DNA of 62,674 nt, counting the filler, from Chiloscyllium plagiosum (taxonomy: Eukaryota), in the NCBI RefSeq assembly GCF_004010195.1. It is 4 parts of one record of this genome, joined end to end, with 100 filler letters (N's around TTAATTAATTAA, not from the genome) between each part and the next. Parts side by side here need not be neighbours in the genome. Positions count along the whole stretch, not along the records: positions 1 to 25,403 come from NC_057714.1; 3 more parts are not named here. One strand, given 5' to 3'. A program made the translations under genes and the position numbers. The notes under the pieces are model-generated. The model was not told the DNA's origin. It worked only from the letters and a program-made list of their open reading frames with translations, and made no database searches. Positions 1-12,278 of this stretch are shown here, one piece after another. How positions within the stretch are numbered: position 1 is the stretch's first letter; every line of letters begins with the position of its first letter.

Positions 1-275
1 CGCACGAATACGGGTTTTATTACATCTGATGTTAACACATTCCGAGCATGTAAGAGACCTAAATATACACTCTGGTTAGTTATAGGTTAGATTAGTAGAC
101 AGTTGAGTTTTGTTTTTTTTTAATTTTTCGGTTTTTTTTTCTTTCTTCTTTTGTTAAATTTTGGCTATTGTATATTTGATTTAATTGTATATCAATGTTT
201 ATATTTGAGAGTTTTGTTTATTTTTGTAAACTTGTAAAAATGTTAAATTTCTAATAAAAATATCTATTAAAATAA
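1..275 (+). mobile_element. Probable 3' UTR/tail of an L1-like LINE
   Basis: T-rich UTR-like sequence ending in AATAAAAA...A-rich tail, similar in style to the 3' end of the L1 at ~22000-22285. Confidence 0.35.
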
Positions 276-949
276 ATGTCTATCATTCATCATTCTTCTG
301 TTACACTGTAACTTGCGTGTTTTGCATTTCTTGTGCACTTTAGGCCACGCACGATTGTGTAGTTTGTGCTGTCAATGTAGCACCCTCAGTCCCGGAGGAA
401 CGCTGTCTCGTTTTTACTGTATCGGTAGAAATGACCAAAAAAGCTACTCTACTCGATAAAAAGAACTTGAGTTTGTGAGTAATTGTAGATATGTAATAAC
501 AGTTCTGAGGCTGACTCTCAGTCTCTCCAGCAGGCTCTGTTTTCGTTTCAGATCTCCAGCATCTGCAGTTCTTTGTTTAAATTTAGCACAAAGGTTGCTC
601 CCACAGAGAGCGATTAAACCAATGACCAAGCAGTCAGTTGTTAGTGTTGTTGATTAAATATTGAGCTGGGACAGAGCTTCCTTTTGACTGCTGGATGTTT
701 AACACTTACCTGAGAGGGCAAATAGAGCATTAGTTCAACATTTCATCCATTAGACAGCTCCTCTAATAGCTCACTCTGAGGGAGCTCTGCATTGCAAGCC
801 AGAATATAAGATATTGGGGTCAAATCTCTGCACTGAGATTTAAATCTGGAATGAACCCAACAGAGGGATTGAGCCACAGCTACCACCTAATATCTCTCCT
901 CATACTTAAATTTGTTGCACCATTTTGTGCTTTTTTAAATGTATTTTTT

Positions 950-1305
950 TTTATTCATTCACGGGATGAGGGCGTTTCTGGCTAGACCAACACTTATTGC
1001 CCATCCCAAATTGCCCAGAAGGCTGTTGAGAATCAACCACATTGCTGTGGGTATGGAGTCCCATGTTTGTCAGACCAGGTAGACGGCAGTTTCCTTCCCT
1101 AAAGGGGATTAGTGAACCAGTAGGGTTTTTTTTCCCCCTGACAATCAACAATGGATTAACAGTCATCATTAGATTCTTAATTCCATATTTTTTATTGAAT
1201 TCAAATTCCACCATTTGCCATGGTGGGATTTGAACCTGGGTCCCCTGAACATTGCCTGGGTCTCTGGATTAACAGTCCAGCAATAATACCACTGGGCCAT
1301 CCCCT
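950..1305 (-). mobile_element. tRNA-derived SINE (second shark SINE family)
   Basis: Minus strand has A-box/B-box-like head (TGGCCCAGTGG...GGTTCAAATCCC). Related copies occur at ~7040-7350, 9510-9710, 16805-16915 + 22286-23030 and 33650-33693 + 34563-34845. Confidence 0.7.
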
Positions 1306-2459
1306 CCCCATGCAATGGATAAGTGCCATTAGATACAGGAGCAGAAATTGCTCAATGAGTATGCTGCACTATTCAATGAGATCTTGGCTGATCCCGATAA
1401 CCCTCAATTCCATTTTCCTGCCTTTTACTATAACTCTGGATTCCCTTCTTGATTAAAAATTTACCCCAGCCTTGAATAAATTTAATGATCCAGCCTCGAC
1501 ATCTCTCTGTGGTAAAGAATTCCACAGATTCGCCATTCTCTAAGAGAAGAAATTCCTCCTCATTTCTTTGTAATTCTGAGATGATACCCTCTGGTCCCAG
1601 CCTCTCCCACATAAGAGATAGGCCCTTCGGCCCACACTGATTGATGCCAACCACGTAGTGCCAATGTTCTTTCTAAGCTATGCAGCCGCTCCCAGGATCC
1701 ATGCATGGCGATCCCGTGTACCGACACCATTCCCAGCATTGACCATGGTTTTGGAAATCAATGCAACACAGATCTCTGAGGTCAATGCAGAAGGAGACAG
1801 AATGAGAGGAAACATCGCTTAGGGCTGAACAGTGAGATGTCTTTGATGCCAGATTTACAACAACACTGACCTGGTAACCCTTCTCCCTGCTTCTAAGTTT
1901 CAGTTGTTTGAATCTCTCATATCCTTATCCCAACTCACATTAAATCCTATTTATCAATCGTTCCTGTTCTCCCTGTCCAGCAATCCCTCAGATTGAAAAT
2001 TCACATTGCCATGTTCAAATCATAGCATGGACTGAGCACTCCCTAACCCTGCCAATCTCCTCCAGCCTCATAACTTACACAGATATCAACATTTCTCTAA
2101 TTCCACCCTCTCCAGCACCCTGATGTTCATTGGTTCACCATTGGTGGCCATGTCATTAGTTGCCTGGAGTCTAAGTTCTGCAATTCTGTCCTTCAATTCT
2201 CCTCACCTTAGTTTATCTCTTTGTGAAAGTTATTTTTAAAAGCTTTTAAAAATCTTGCTCCTGTGAAGTGCATTGTGAGGCAAGTTAGTGTTCTTGCTAG
2301 TTTTATAATAAATTATATTTCTAAATAGCTGCATTCAGTACCACAGGAGGCTGTGGAGGGCAGATCATGGAGTATTTTCAAAAAAGATAGAAAAGTTATT
2401 TGGTATTAGAGGCATCAAGTGGGAAAGGGGAAAGTCGGAATATGGTATTGAAATAGAGT

Positions 2460-3005
2460 ATCATAGAGTCGTAGAGATGTACAGCACAGAAACAGTTCTG
2501 TCAGTCCAATTTGTCCATGCTGACCAGATATCCAAAATGAATCCATACCCATTTGTCAGCACTTGGCCCATACCCTTCTAAATCCTTCCTACTCATATAC
2601 TCACCACAATGCCTTTCAGATGTTGAAATTGGACCAGCCTCCACCACTTCCTCTGGCAGCTCATTCCATACACTCACCACCCTCTGCATGAAACAATTGC
2701 CCCTAAGGTCCGTTTTAAACCTTTCTCTTCTCACCCTAAACCTATGCCCTCTAGTTCAGGACTCCTCTACCCCAGGGAAAATACCTTGTCTATTTATCCT
2801 ATCCGTGCCCCTCATGATTCTATAAACCTCTATAAGATCACCTCTCAGCCTCTGATGCTCCAGGGAAAACAGCCCCAGCCTATTCAGCCTCTCCCTATAG
2901 CTCAAACCCTCCAACCCTGGCAACATCCTTTTAAATCTTTTCTGAGTTCTTTTAAGTTTCACAACATCCTTCTGATAGGAATGAGACCAGAATTGCATGC
3001 AATAT
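2460..3005 (-). mobile_element. CR1-clade LINE 3' fragment
   Basis: Encodes YCMQFWS..KDVVKL..RRLRGDLIEVYRIMRG..WNELPEEVVEA, the typical CR1 ORF2 C-terminus, plus a (TCTATGAC)-type tail. Confidence 0.9.
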
Positions 3006-4069
3006 TGATCAGAGTGAATGGCACAGCATGCTCTCGGGGTTAACGGCAACCCAGCCCAAATTTTCTAGTAAAAGAAAGTTTTAGAGTCATGGAATCCCTA
3101 CAGTATGGAAGCAGGACGTTTGGCCCATTGAGTCCACACTGATCCTCTGAAGTAGTCCTAACTACTGAGCCACTGTGTAATGTCTTGGGACTAGATTAGG
3201 TTGGGATATCTGGTCGGCATGGGCGAGTAGGACCGAAGGGTCTGTTTCTGTGCTGAACATCTCTATGACTCTAGTTGTCTTACCTGAAATATATACATAA
3301 TGACAGCTACACTTGAGTGAGGCTGTATGGCCTGACTTCTCCCCTCCAGGTCATATATGGAAACGGAGTAGGCCATTCAGTCTGTTCCACCATTCAATGC
3401 GATCATGTCTGATCTGTGGCTTACCTTCTGCCTTAGCTTGTTTCCTTTAATCCCTTTGCCTAAGTAAACGAAAAGTCTCAGATTTAAAATTAGCATTTGA
3501 TCCAGCATTAACTTCCAATTGTGGAAGAGAGTTCCAAACCTCTACCACTCTTTGTTTGTAGAAGTGCTTCCTAACATCTCTCCAAATGCTCTGGCCCTAA
3601 TTCTATATCTATGACCCCTAATTCTAGAATCCCTGACCAGTGGAAATAGTTTTATCTTTAACCACCCTGTCCTTTCCGGTTAATAAGGCATCTGGATGGG
3701 TATATGAACAGGGAGGGTTTAGGGCGATATGGGCCAAATGCTGGAAAATGTGACTAGATTAATTTAGATATCTGACCGGCATGGATGAGTTGGACTGAAG
3801 GGTCTGCTTCCGTGGTGTACATCTTTCTGGCTTTGATCAGATCACTCCTTAAACTTCTAAATTCTAGAGAAACTTGACCTAATTTGCATTATCTCTGCAA
3901 GTTAACTTAACAGGTATATCTTAACTTAACAGGTATTATTCTTGTAAGCCTACATTGTACTGCCTACAGGGCCAACACAGCCATCCTAAGGTTTGGTGCT
4001 CAGATCTCCTCTCAGTTCTCCAAGTGCCTCTAGACCCAACTCCAACTGTTCCAGTCAAATTACCCTGGA

Positions 4070-4420
4070 GGCGAGGGGTGGGGGAACCATTATATCCCGG
4101 AACTACTGGCGCGGCGCTGGCTCTCCAGCCGGAGCGCTTTAACCGCGGGGAGCGGGTTCCGTGTGTTTGTCCTCCCCCGGCCCCTGGAAACGGGGTCACC
4201 ATGGTGATAGGTCGGGGGGTCAGAGATCAGAGGTGGGCCTGCGCGATGGCGTTGCCTCTTGCCTCCTCCGGCCGCCGCCTCCTGCAGCAGCTTCCCCCCC
4301 GCGGGGCCTGGGGCACCGTCCGCCGCGGCCCCAGCAACCGCTACAGCTACAGGCAGGGCCAGAGCCCGGAGCCCAGGATCCGCGAGTATTTCTACTACAT
4401 CGACCATCAGGGCCAGGTAA
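4070..4420 (+). promoter_or_regulatory. CpG island / promoter and first exon region of C8orf82
   Basis: Abrupt GC- and CpG-rich segment in otherwise CpG-poor DNA, overlapping the first coding exon. Confidence 0.75.
4246..4416 (+). CDS. C8orf82: UPF0598 protein C8orf82 homolog, coding exon 1
   Basis: Encodes MALPLASSGRR...YRQGQSPEPRIREYFYYIDHQGQ, the conserved C8orf82 N-terminal motif. Ends at a CAG|GTAAAT donor, phase 0. An in-frame upstream ATG also exists at 4201. Confidence 0.93.
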
Positions 4421-4444
4421 ATAAATAAATACCCGGGGAGGGGG

Positions 4445-4854
4445 GGTAAATACCCAGGTGAGTGGTGGTAAATACCCAGGTGAGTGGTGGTAAATACCCA
4501 GGTGAGTGGTGGTAAATACCCAGGTGAGTGGTGGTAAATACCCAGGTGAGTGGTGGTAAATACCCAGGTGAGTGGTGGTAAATACCCAGGTGAGTGGTGG
4601 TAAATACCCAGGTGAGTGGTGGTAAATACCCAGGTGAGTGGTGGTAAATACCCAGGTGAGTGGTGGTAAATACCCAGGTGAGTGGTGGTAAATACCCAGG
4701 TGAGTGGTGGTAAATACCCAGGTGAGTGGTGGTAAATACCCAGGTGAGTGGTGGTAAATACCCAGGTGAGTGGTGGTAAATACCCAGGTGAGTGGTGGTA
4801 AATACCCAGGTGAGTGGTGGTAAATACCCAGGTGAGTGGTGGTAAATACCCAGG
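4445..4854 (+). repeat. 22-bp minisatellite (GGTAAATACCCAGGTGAGTGGT), 18 perfect units + partial
   Basis: Directly visible tandem array; followed by ~3 units of a related 21-bp G-rich repeat to ~4915. Confidence 0.97.
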
Positions 4855-5119
4855 GGGGTACACACCCAGGGAGAGGGGGTACACACCCAGGGAGAGGGGG
4901 TACACACCCAGGGGAGTGGGGATACGCTCGGGGGAATGGGGGGGATACACCCAAGGGAGAGGGGAGTGGGCGAGGCTGCATTTGTCTGTGTGTGGAATCA
5001 AGGAGCCCCAGCAAACCTGAAATCAATGAGAGTCATGGGAAATGTCTCCCCTGGTTGGAAATCTGTCATCTCAGCTCCAGGGCATCTCTGCAGGAGTTCC
5101 TCGCGGTAGATATTTTCTG

Positions 5120-5252
5120 GGAGAAAGTAAGGATTGCAGATACTGGTGATCAGGGTCAAAAAGTGTGGCGCTGGAAAAGCACAACCAGTGAGGCAGCATC
5201 CGAGGAGCAGGAGAGGCAATGTTTCGAGCATAAGCTCTTCATCAGGAATGTG
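5120..5252 (-). mobile_element. PLE-derived short element with hammerhead motif
   Basis: Minus strand CTGATGA-A-GAGC-TTAT-GCTC-GAAA-CATT, followed by the shared TGCTGCCT...CTTTTCCAGC...ATCTGCA tail. Confidence 0.7.
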
Positions 5253-5879
5253 CCTGTTCAGTGATGTTATTACACACCTGCGGTAACAGGTTTATCTTCA
5301 TGCCCTGTCTTGGACGAGATTGCAGCAATGCACCACCTCTAAGTCTGAAGAAGACTGGCAAATTATAGCCAACATCTCTCCAATTCCTCCAGTATCCTTC
5401 GATGCATCTCCTCCCCCCGATAACCTATTTATTTTAAGTACTAAATAAAGACCAAAAGATCTGCGGATGCTGTAAATCAGAAACAAAAACTGAAACTGCT
5501 AGAACACCTCAGCAAATCTGGCAGCAGCTGTGAAGAGAAATCAGAGTTAACATTTCAGGTCCGGTGACCCTTCCTCAGTACCAGCTCACCTTGTGGTTTA
5601 ACACAGGTGCCAAGCATGTATTTTAACATCTCATATGTTTCGCCAGTAGAGGTTGCTGCAGCTCTACATATACAGAGCATGACAGAAATAGAACATTATT
5701 AGTGTGTCATGTTCTATTTATTAAAGGGGCAGTGTATGTCACTGAATTGTCACAAATTCAGCACTACATGTGTTTGTCATGCTGTCCCTCAGTCTTGCTT
5801 GGTGTTTAGAATGGTGGGTTAGAGGCAGTCTGGCCCTGTATTTTAAGCTGCCCTTGAGAATGTGTCATGATTCTTATGA

Positions 5880-6124
5880 CAGCCTCAGGCGACTGTCTGT
5901 GTGGAGTTTGCACGTTCTCTCCGTGTCTGCGTGGGTTTCCTCCGGGTGCTCCGGTTTCCTCCCACAGTCCAAAGATGTGCAGGTCAGGTGAGTTGGCCAT
6001 GCTAAATTGTCCGTAGTGTTAGGTAAGGGGTAAATGTAGGGGTATGGGTGGGTTGCGCTTCGGCGGGGCGGTGTGGACTTGTTGGGCCGAAGGGCCTGTT
6101 TCCACACTGTAATCTAATCTAATC
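5880..6124 (+). mobile_element. HE1-type V-SINE (5'-truncated)
   Basis: Central V-domain (GTGGAGTTTGCAC...GGGTTTCCTCCGGGTGCTCCGGTTTCCTCCCAC) and CR1-derived tail (GGGCCGAAGGGCCTGTTTCC). Confidence 0.85.
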
Positions 6125-7359
6125 CATGGAAAGTGTAAGAGAGCACAACAACTTTAGACCATTATCCCTGCCCTTTTTGTTCTGTATATATTTTTTCCAT
6201 GTTTCTTTCTTTTATTCATTTGCATTCTGACAGCAGCTATCACCCCCGCCCCCATTCACACCTCCTCAATACACACTATTTGTTTTTGTTTCTTTACCCA
6301 TTTTACCCACTTCCCCTTTGCCATTGTACCATGAAGTATTTTGGTACTTAATCTCCCCAGCCCTCCATCCTAACACAGACCTTCATTTTTATTGTTCTCC
6401 CTCCCACCCTCTATTCCTTGAAGGTTTCATACTAGAGTTACAGGATTTGAAATGTTAGCTGTGTTTCTCTGTCCTCTGATGCGGAGTTTCTCCAGCACTT
6501 GCTGTTTTTATTCCTATGTTCCTTTCACTTGCTCAAGTCCTATTAGAACTTCTAACTTTCCCTTGTTCTAAGGAGAGGCTGCAGGCCTGAAACATTGCTC
6601 TCTCCATAGATGCTCTGAAGAGGATGCATGAAGCAACTCTCCTTTAGTTAGCAATATCTAGATAAACTGTAGTGAAGATAGTAGTGCTTCACAGTAATAT
6701 ACTAAACAATCAAATTGTCAGCAAAACCAATCCCCACAGGACCACAGTGCCACATCCATTGAAGAACAGCACCGAGTTCAATTAACTCTTATTTGTTAAT
6801 CATTAAACATGATGCTGGGTTAACGGAAGACTAACCTATATTTCTGCTGGCCATTTCAAGATCTCAGTATGTCCCAAAGGACTTTGAGCCAGTGAAGTAA
6901 TTTTGAAGAGTATTCATTGTCATCTGTAGGAAAGCGAACACTGATGTTATAGACTCTGATCTGGGTGGGTATTTCAATAAGTCAGTGCCTTTGAGCTCTC
7001 TGTCCATTACAGTCCTGACTGAAAGAGTAGATTGCAGGGTGATGATGACGTTGTGGTAATGTTACTAGATGAATAATTTAAAGCCTGGGGTCACGTTCTG
7101 GGAACACTGATTCCATAAGATACAGGTGCAAAAGCTTTTGATGTCAAGATCCAGGTTCAAATTCTGAAGAAGAGTCATACCAGACTCAAAACATTAACTC
7201 GGCTTTCTATTCACAGAGTTTCTCCAACTTCTGTATTTGCTTCAGATTTCCAGCATCTGGAGTATTTTGTTCAAATCCCACCATGCTGCGGGTGGTGGTA
7301 TTTACATTCAGTTAATGAAATCTGGAATTGCAAGCTGGTCTCATGAACAGTGACCATGA

Positions 7360-7840
7360 TTTGATTTGTTATTGTCGCATGCACCAAGATACAGTGAAAA
7401 GTATTGTTTTGCACGCTATCCAGAGAAATCATACCATATATATGTACATCAGGGTAATTGAACAGCATGCAGAATATCATGTTACAGCTGCAGAGAAAGA
7501 TCGACTCTAATATATGAGAGGTCTGTTCATAAGTATGATAACAGAGGGGAAGAAGTTGTTCTTAAATCTGTTGCTACATGTTTTCAAATTTTTATATCTT
7601 CTGCCCGATTGAAGAAGGTGAAGACAGTACAACCAGGGTGGGAGGGGTCTTTGATGATGTTGGTTGCTTTCCCAAGACAGTGCGAAGTGTAGATGGAGTC
7701 AACGGATGGCCTGTGTTGTGTGATGGACTGGGCTGTAATCACAACTCTCCGTAATTTCTTGTGGGCTTGGGAAGCGCAGTTGCTGTACCAAGCTTTCTTG
7801 CATCCAGACAGGATGCTTTTTATGGTGCATCTGTAGATAT
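7360..7840 (-). mobile_element. Rex1/Babar-type LINE 3' fragment
   Basis: Encodes YRCTIKSILSGC..WYSNC...KLRRVVITAQSIT...IIKDPSHPG. Confidence 0.75.
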
Positions 7841-9719
7841 CTAATGAAACCATAATTGTTGTAATAATCCCAGCTGGTTCAATAGGGATCAGTTCTGCTT
7901 TTTACATAAGGAAGTCTGTTATTCTTACCCTGCCTGGCCTACATGTGACTCCAGAACCCGACCAGTGTGGTTAACTCTTAACTGCCCTCTGAAATAGCCT
8001 GTCAAACCACATAGTCCAAAGGATGGGTATCAAAGAGCAGTACAGTACAGGAACAGGCCCTTCGGCCCACCAAGCCTGCACTGACACATGATGCCTTTCT
8101 AATATCGAAACCTTTTGCCTCCACATGGTACCTCTATTCCGACTTATTCATACATCTGTCAAGGTGCCTCTTAAACTTTGCTCTTGAATCTATCTCCACC
8201 ATCTCTGGCAACACATTCCAGGATCTCAACACCTTCTGTGTGGGAAAAATAAAAACTTGCCTCTCCTGTAAACTTTCCCCTTTTATTGTTTACCTACGTC
8301 TCCAAGTAGATTTCTAACTTGGGAGAAAACATTGACTATTCACCCTGCCCTTTCCTCTCATAATTTTGTAAACTTTTATCAGCTTGCCCCACAGCCTCCA
8401 AAGTTCAAATGAAAACAAACCAAGTTTATCCAATCTCTCCACATAGCTAGTACCTGACCTTGTCAGTGATGCCCACATCCCCTGAAAGAAGAAAAGGATG
8501 GTGTGAATTTAGTTATAACAATGAAAAATTGAATATGTCATCCTGCACAAGAGATTCCCTCCCGTCTGGTCCTGTGTGGACAGGCTATTTATAAATGTAG
8601 GCTGACTTATTTTTAGACATAATATGTGAACAAACAATATGTTTGCAATGATTTTTAATCTTATGTTCTAACAGACATGATATGTTTTATTGATTTAGTA
8701 GTTTTTCAGAAACTTATTGGCACCAAACTTTAATAAGAGTTCCTATTCTGTCCAAAGATACTCCACAGTTCTGGCAGCATCATCTGGGAGAGACATAATG
8801 TTTCCACTCAATGACCCTTCCAAGGTTTGTGTCTGGTTTCTTCAGACTCTCTCACAACTGTTTCTTAGCTGGACAAATGCCGAAAGACTAGACCTATGAC
8901 TCTTCACCTTTCTTATATACTTATAAGGAAACAAAAGCAAAGTATTTACAAAATTAAATCTGGCCTCTATCCAAATGTTATCACAGTGGATTTTTAAACT
9001 TAACTTTAGGGGTTGTGTTTGAGGAGATAATAGGAGAAAGTGAGGACTGCAGATGTTGGACATCAGAGTCGAGAGTGTGGTGCTGGAAAATCACAGCAGG
9101 TCAGGTGGATGCTGCCTGAACGGCTATGCTTTTCCAGCACCACACTCTCAACTTTGAGGATACAGTAGTCATGCCTGGCCTCTTGTTGACCTTAGTATCT
9201 GCTAGAACTGATCTAAGCAGCGGGTCTGAGTTACTCTGTGTGCTGCTGAAGGCATGCATTCGAATGTCTTTACAAATGGCTGCAGCATAATGATATCGTC
9301 TTCCTGTCCCTATAAACCAAGAAGTGCTCTGAATTATTGCAAATGATATCTTGGGAAAGCTCCCACACTGAATTGCCAGCTGTAGCTCAATAGAGAGCTC
9401 ACTCGGCTCTGAATCAGAAGGATGTGGGGCCAAGCCCTGCTCCAGGACAGTGCTGCATGACCAGAGGTCACTGTATAAATGTGTCCTTTCCTTGTTTATG
9501 GAGCAGGTTGATGGTGGTGCAAGTCATTGTATCACTGGACTGGGAAGCCAGAGGTCCAGATAAATGCCTTGGTGCTATGGGGCCAAATCCCACCATGCAG
9601 TTGGTGTAATATTTAAGTTCAGGTAATTAATAAAACAGGATGGATAGCAGTCTCAATAATGGTGACCATAAAGCTGTTGTGGGTCACTCATCATGTCCTC
9701 TAGAGAAGGAAATAATCAT

Positions 9720-10797
9720 AGAGTGGTACAGCACGAAACAGGTCTTTTGGTCCAACTCATCCATGCTGATCAGATATCCTAGGAATAAGTAAGGACTGGT
9801 GATCAACGAGTCGAGAGTGTGTTGCTGGAAAAGCACAGCAGGTCAGGCAGCATCCGAACTGAGTTGGAGGCTTGGGACTGGGATAATGTGGGGGGGGGGG
9901 AAATGAGGAAGCTGTTGAAATTCACGTTTAGCCCGTGTGGTTGCAGCGTCCCAAGGTGGATTATGAGGCTTTTCCAGCATCTGATCAGATATCCTAATCT
10001 AATCTAGTCCCATTTGCCAGCATTTGGCCCATATCCCTCTGAACCCTTCCTAGTCATGTACCCATTCAGATGCCTTTTGTATGCAGTAATTGTACCAGCC
10101 TTAGCCACTTCCTCTGGCAGCTCATTCCATACACACGCCACCCTCCGCATGAAAATGTCCCTTTGGTCCCTTTTAAATTTTTCCCCTCTCACCTTAAACC
10201 TATGCCCTCTTGTTTTAGACTCCCCTGTGCTGGGAAAAGGCCTAGTTTATTCATCCTATCCATGCCCCTCAGAGATGTACAGGACGGGGACAGACCCTTC
10301 AATCCAACTCGTCCATGCCTACCAGATATCCTAAATTAATCTAGTCCCATTTGCCAGCACTTGGCCCATATCCCTCTGAACCCTTCCTAGTCATGTACCC
10401 AGTCAGGTGCCTTTTAAATGTTGTAATTGTGCCAGCCTCCGCCTCTTTCTCTGGCAGCTCATTCCATACACACACCACCCTCAGTGTGAAAATGTTGTAC
10501 CTTGAGTCCCTTTTAAATCTTTCCCCTCTCGCCCTAAACCTATGCTCTCCATTTCTGGACTCACCCACCCAGGTAAAAGACCTTGCCTATTTACCCTATA
10601 CATACCCCTCATGATTTTATAAACCTCTATAAGGTCACCCCTCAGCCTCTGATGCTCCAAGGAAAACAGTCCCAGCCTGTTCAGCCTCTCCCAATAGCTC
10701 AAATCCTCCATCCCTTATAAGTCTTTACTGAACCCTTTCAAGTTTCACAACATCTCTACTATGGCAGGGAGACCAGAATTGAACACAGTATTCCAAA
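9720..10797 (-). mobile_element. Two tandem CR1 3' fragments, one interrupted by a PLE-derived insert (9782-9980)
   Basis: Two WNELPE..EAGTI / RLRGDLIEVYK segments; the insert is flanked by a 16-bp direct repeat CTGATCAGATATCCTA (9766-9781, 9981-9996). Confidence 0.85.
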
Positions 10798-11094
10798 AGA
10801 CAAGGCTCATAAAAATCCGCGATCATTACTTGGTTTGGTCTACAAGTGATTCCAGACTCAGCACGCTATTGTTGGTTCATAACAGCTCTGACAATCAACT
10901 CAATCCAAGGGCAGTTAGGAATGGATAACAGTTGCTGGCCTCGGTGGCTAGAATCCCTGAAAAGATTCAATGGAAGAATTCCCGCTGTAGCTTGTGAATA
11001 GTCCTTTTGACATTCCAAGTGTCATTAAAATACTTAATTTTACAGTGATTACAACAAAAAATGTGATACTGTAAGATATGGCGATGACGCTGTT

Positions 11095-12125
11095 CTACCA
11101 CGTACGGTGTGGATGCGACACTGTCCTGTGGTGTACGGTGTGGATGCGACACTGTGCCGTGGTGTACGGTGTGGATGCGACACTGTGTCGTGGTGTACGG
11201 TGTGGATGCGACACTGTGCCGTGGTGTACGGTGTAGATGCGACACTGTGCCGTGGTGTACGGTGTGGATGCGACACTGTGCCGTGGTGTACGGTGTGGAT
11301 GCGACACTGTGCCGTGGTGTACGGTGTGGATGCGACACTGTGCCGTGGTGTACGGTGTGGATGCGACACTGTGCCGTGGTGTACGATGTGGATGCGACAC
11401 TGTCCTGTGGTGTACGATGTGGTAATGATACTGTCCTGTGGTGTACGATGTGGTAATGACACTGTGCTATGGTGTACGATGTGGTAATGACACTGTCCTG
11501 TGGTGTACGATGTGGTAATGACACTGTCCTGTGGTGTACGATGTGGTAATGATGCTGTCCTGTGGTGTACAATGTGGATATGACACTGTCCTGTGGTGTA
11601 TGATGTGGATATGACACTGTCCTGTGGTGTATGATGTGGATATGACACTGTCCTGTGGTGTACGATGTGGATATGACACTGTCCTGTGGTGTATGATGTG
11701 GATCTGACACTGTCCTGTGGTGTATGATGAGGTAATTACACTGTCCTATGGTGTACGATGTGGATACGACACTGTCCTGTGGTGTACGATGTGGATACGA
11801 CACTGTCCTATGGTGTACGATGTGGATACGACACTGTCCCGTGGTGTACGATGTGGATATGACACTGTCCTGTGGTGTACGATGTCAATACGACACCTTC
11901 CTGTGGTGTACGATGTGGTAATGACACTGTCCTGTGGTGTACGATGTGGTAATGACACTGTCCTATGGTGTACGATGTGGATACGACACTGTCCTGTGGT
12001 GTACGATGTGGATACGACACTGTCCTGTGGTATACGATGTCAATGATGTGGATACGACACTGTCCTGTGGTATACGATGTCAATACGACACTGTCCTGTG
12101 GTGTACGATATGGTACTGACGCTGT
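11095..12125 (+). repeat. 31-bp minisatellite (GTGGTGTACGRTGTGGATRCGACACTGTSC[C/T]), ~33 units with variant blocks
   Basis: Directly visible array ending immediately before the exon 2 acceptor. Confidence 0.95.
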
Positions 12126-12141
12126 TTGTGTTTTGTTGCAG

Positions 12142-12190
12142 TTGTTCCTTGATGACACCAAAGTGAAGAATTTCATCACCTGCTTTAAAG
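12142..12190 (+). CDS. C8orf82: C8orf82 coding exon 2 (49 nt)
   Basis: Encodes LFLDDTKVKNFITCFK. Acceptor TTGTTGCAG, branch point TACTGAC (12114-12120), donor AAG|GTGAGT; phases 0/1 join exons 1 and 3. Confidence 0.95.
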
Positions 12191-12278
12191 GTGAGTGTAG
12201 CTCTATCCCTGACTACCTTCAAGTTAAATAAATACATCTGACACTCCGCAACTAAAACCTCACCCACTGAATCAGATA

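Noticed and set aside
4090..5026. Long ORFs (up to 303 aa) with repeated HLGIYHHSPGYLPPLTWVFTTT
   Set aside because: Translations of the 22-bp minisatellite on the antisense strand; no evidence of a protein.
10967..12179. His/Cys-rich repetitive ORFs, or a CRISPR-like array
   Set aside because: Head-to-tail 31-bp tandem repeat with no unique spacers in a vertebrate intron; the ORFs are artefacts of a stop-poor unit.
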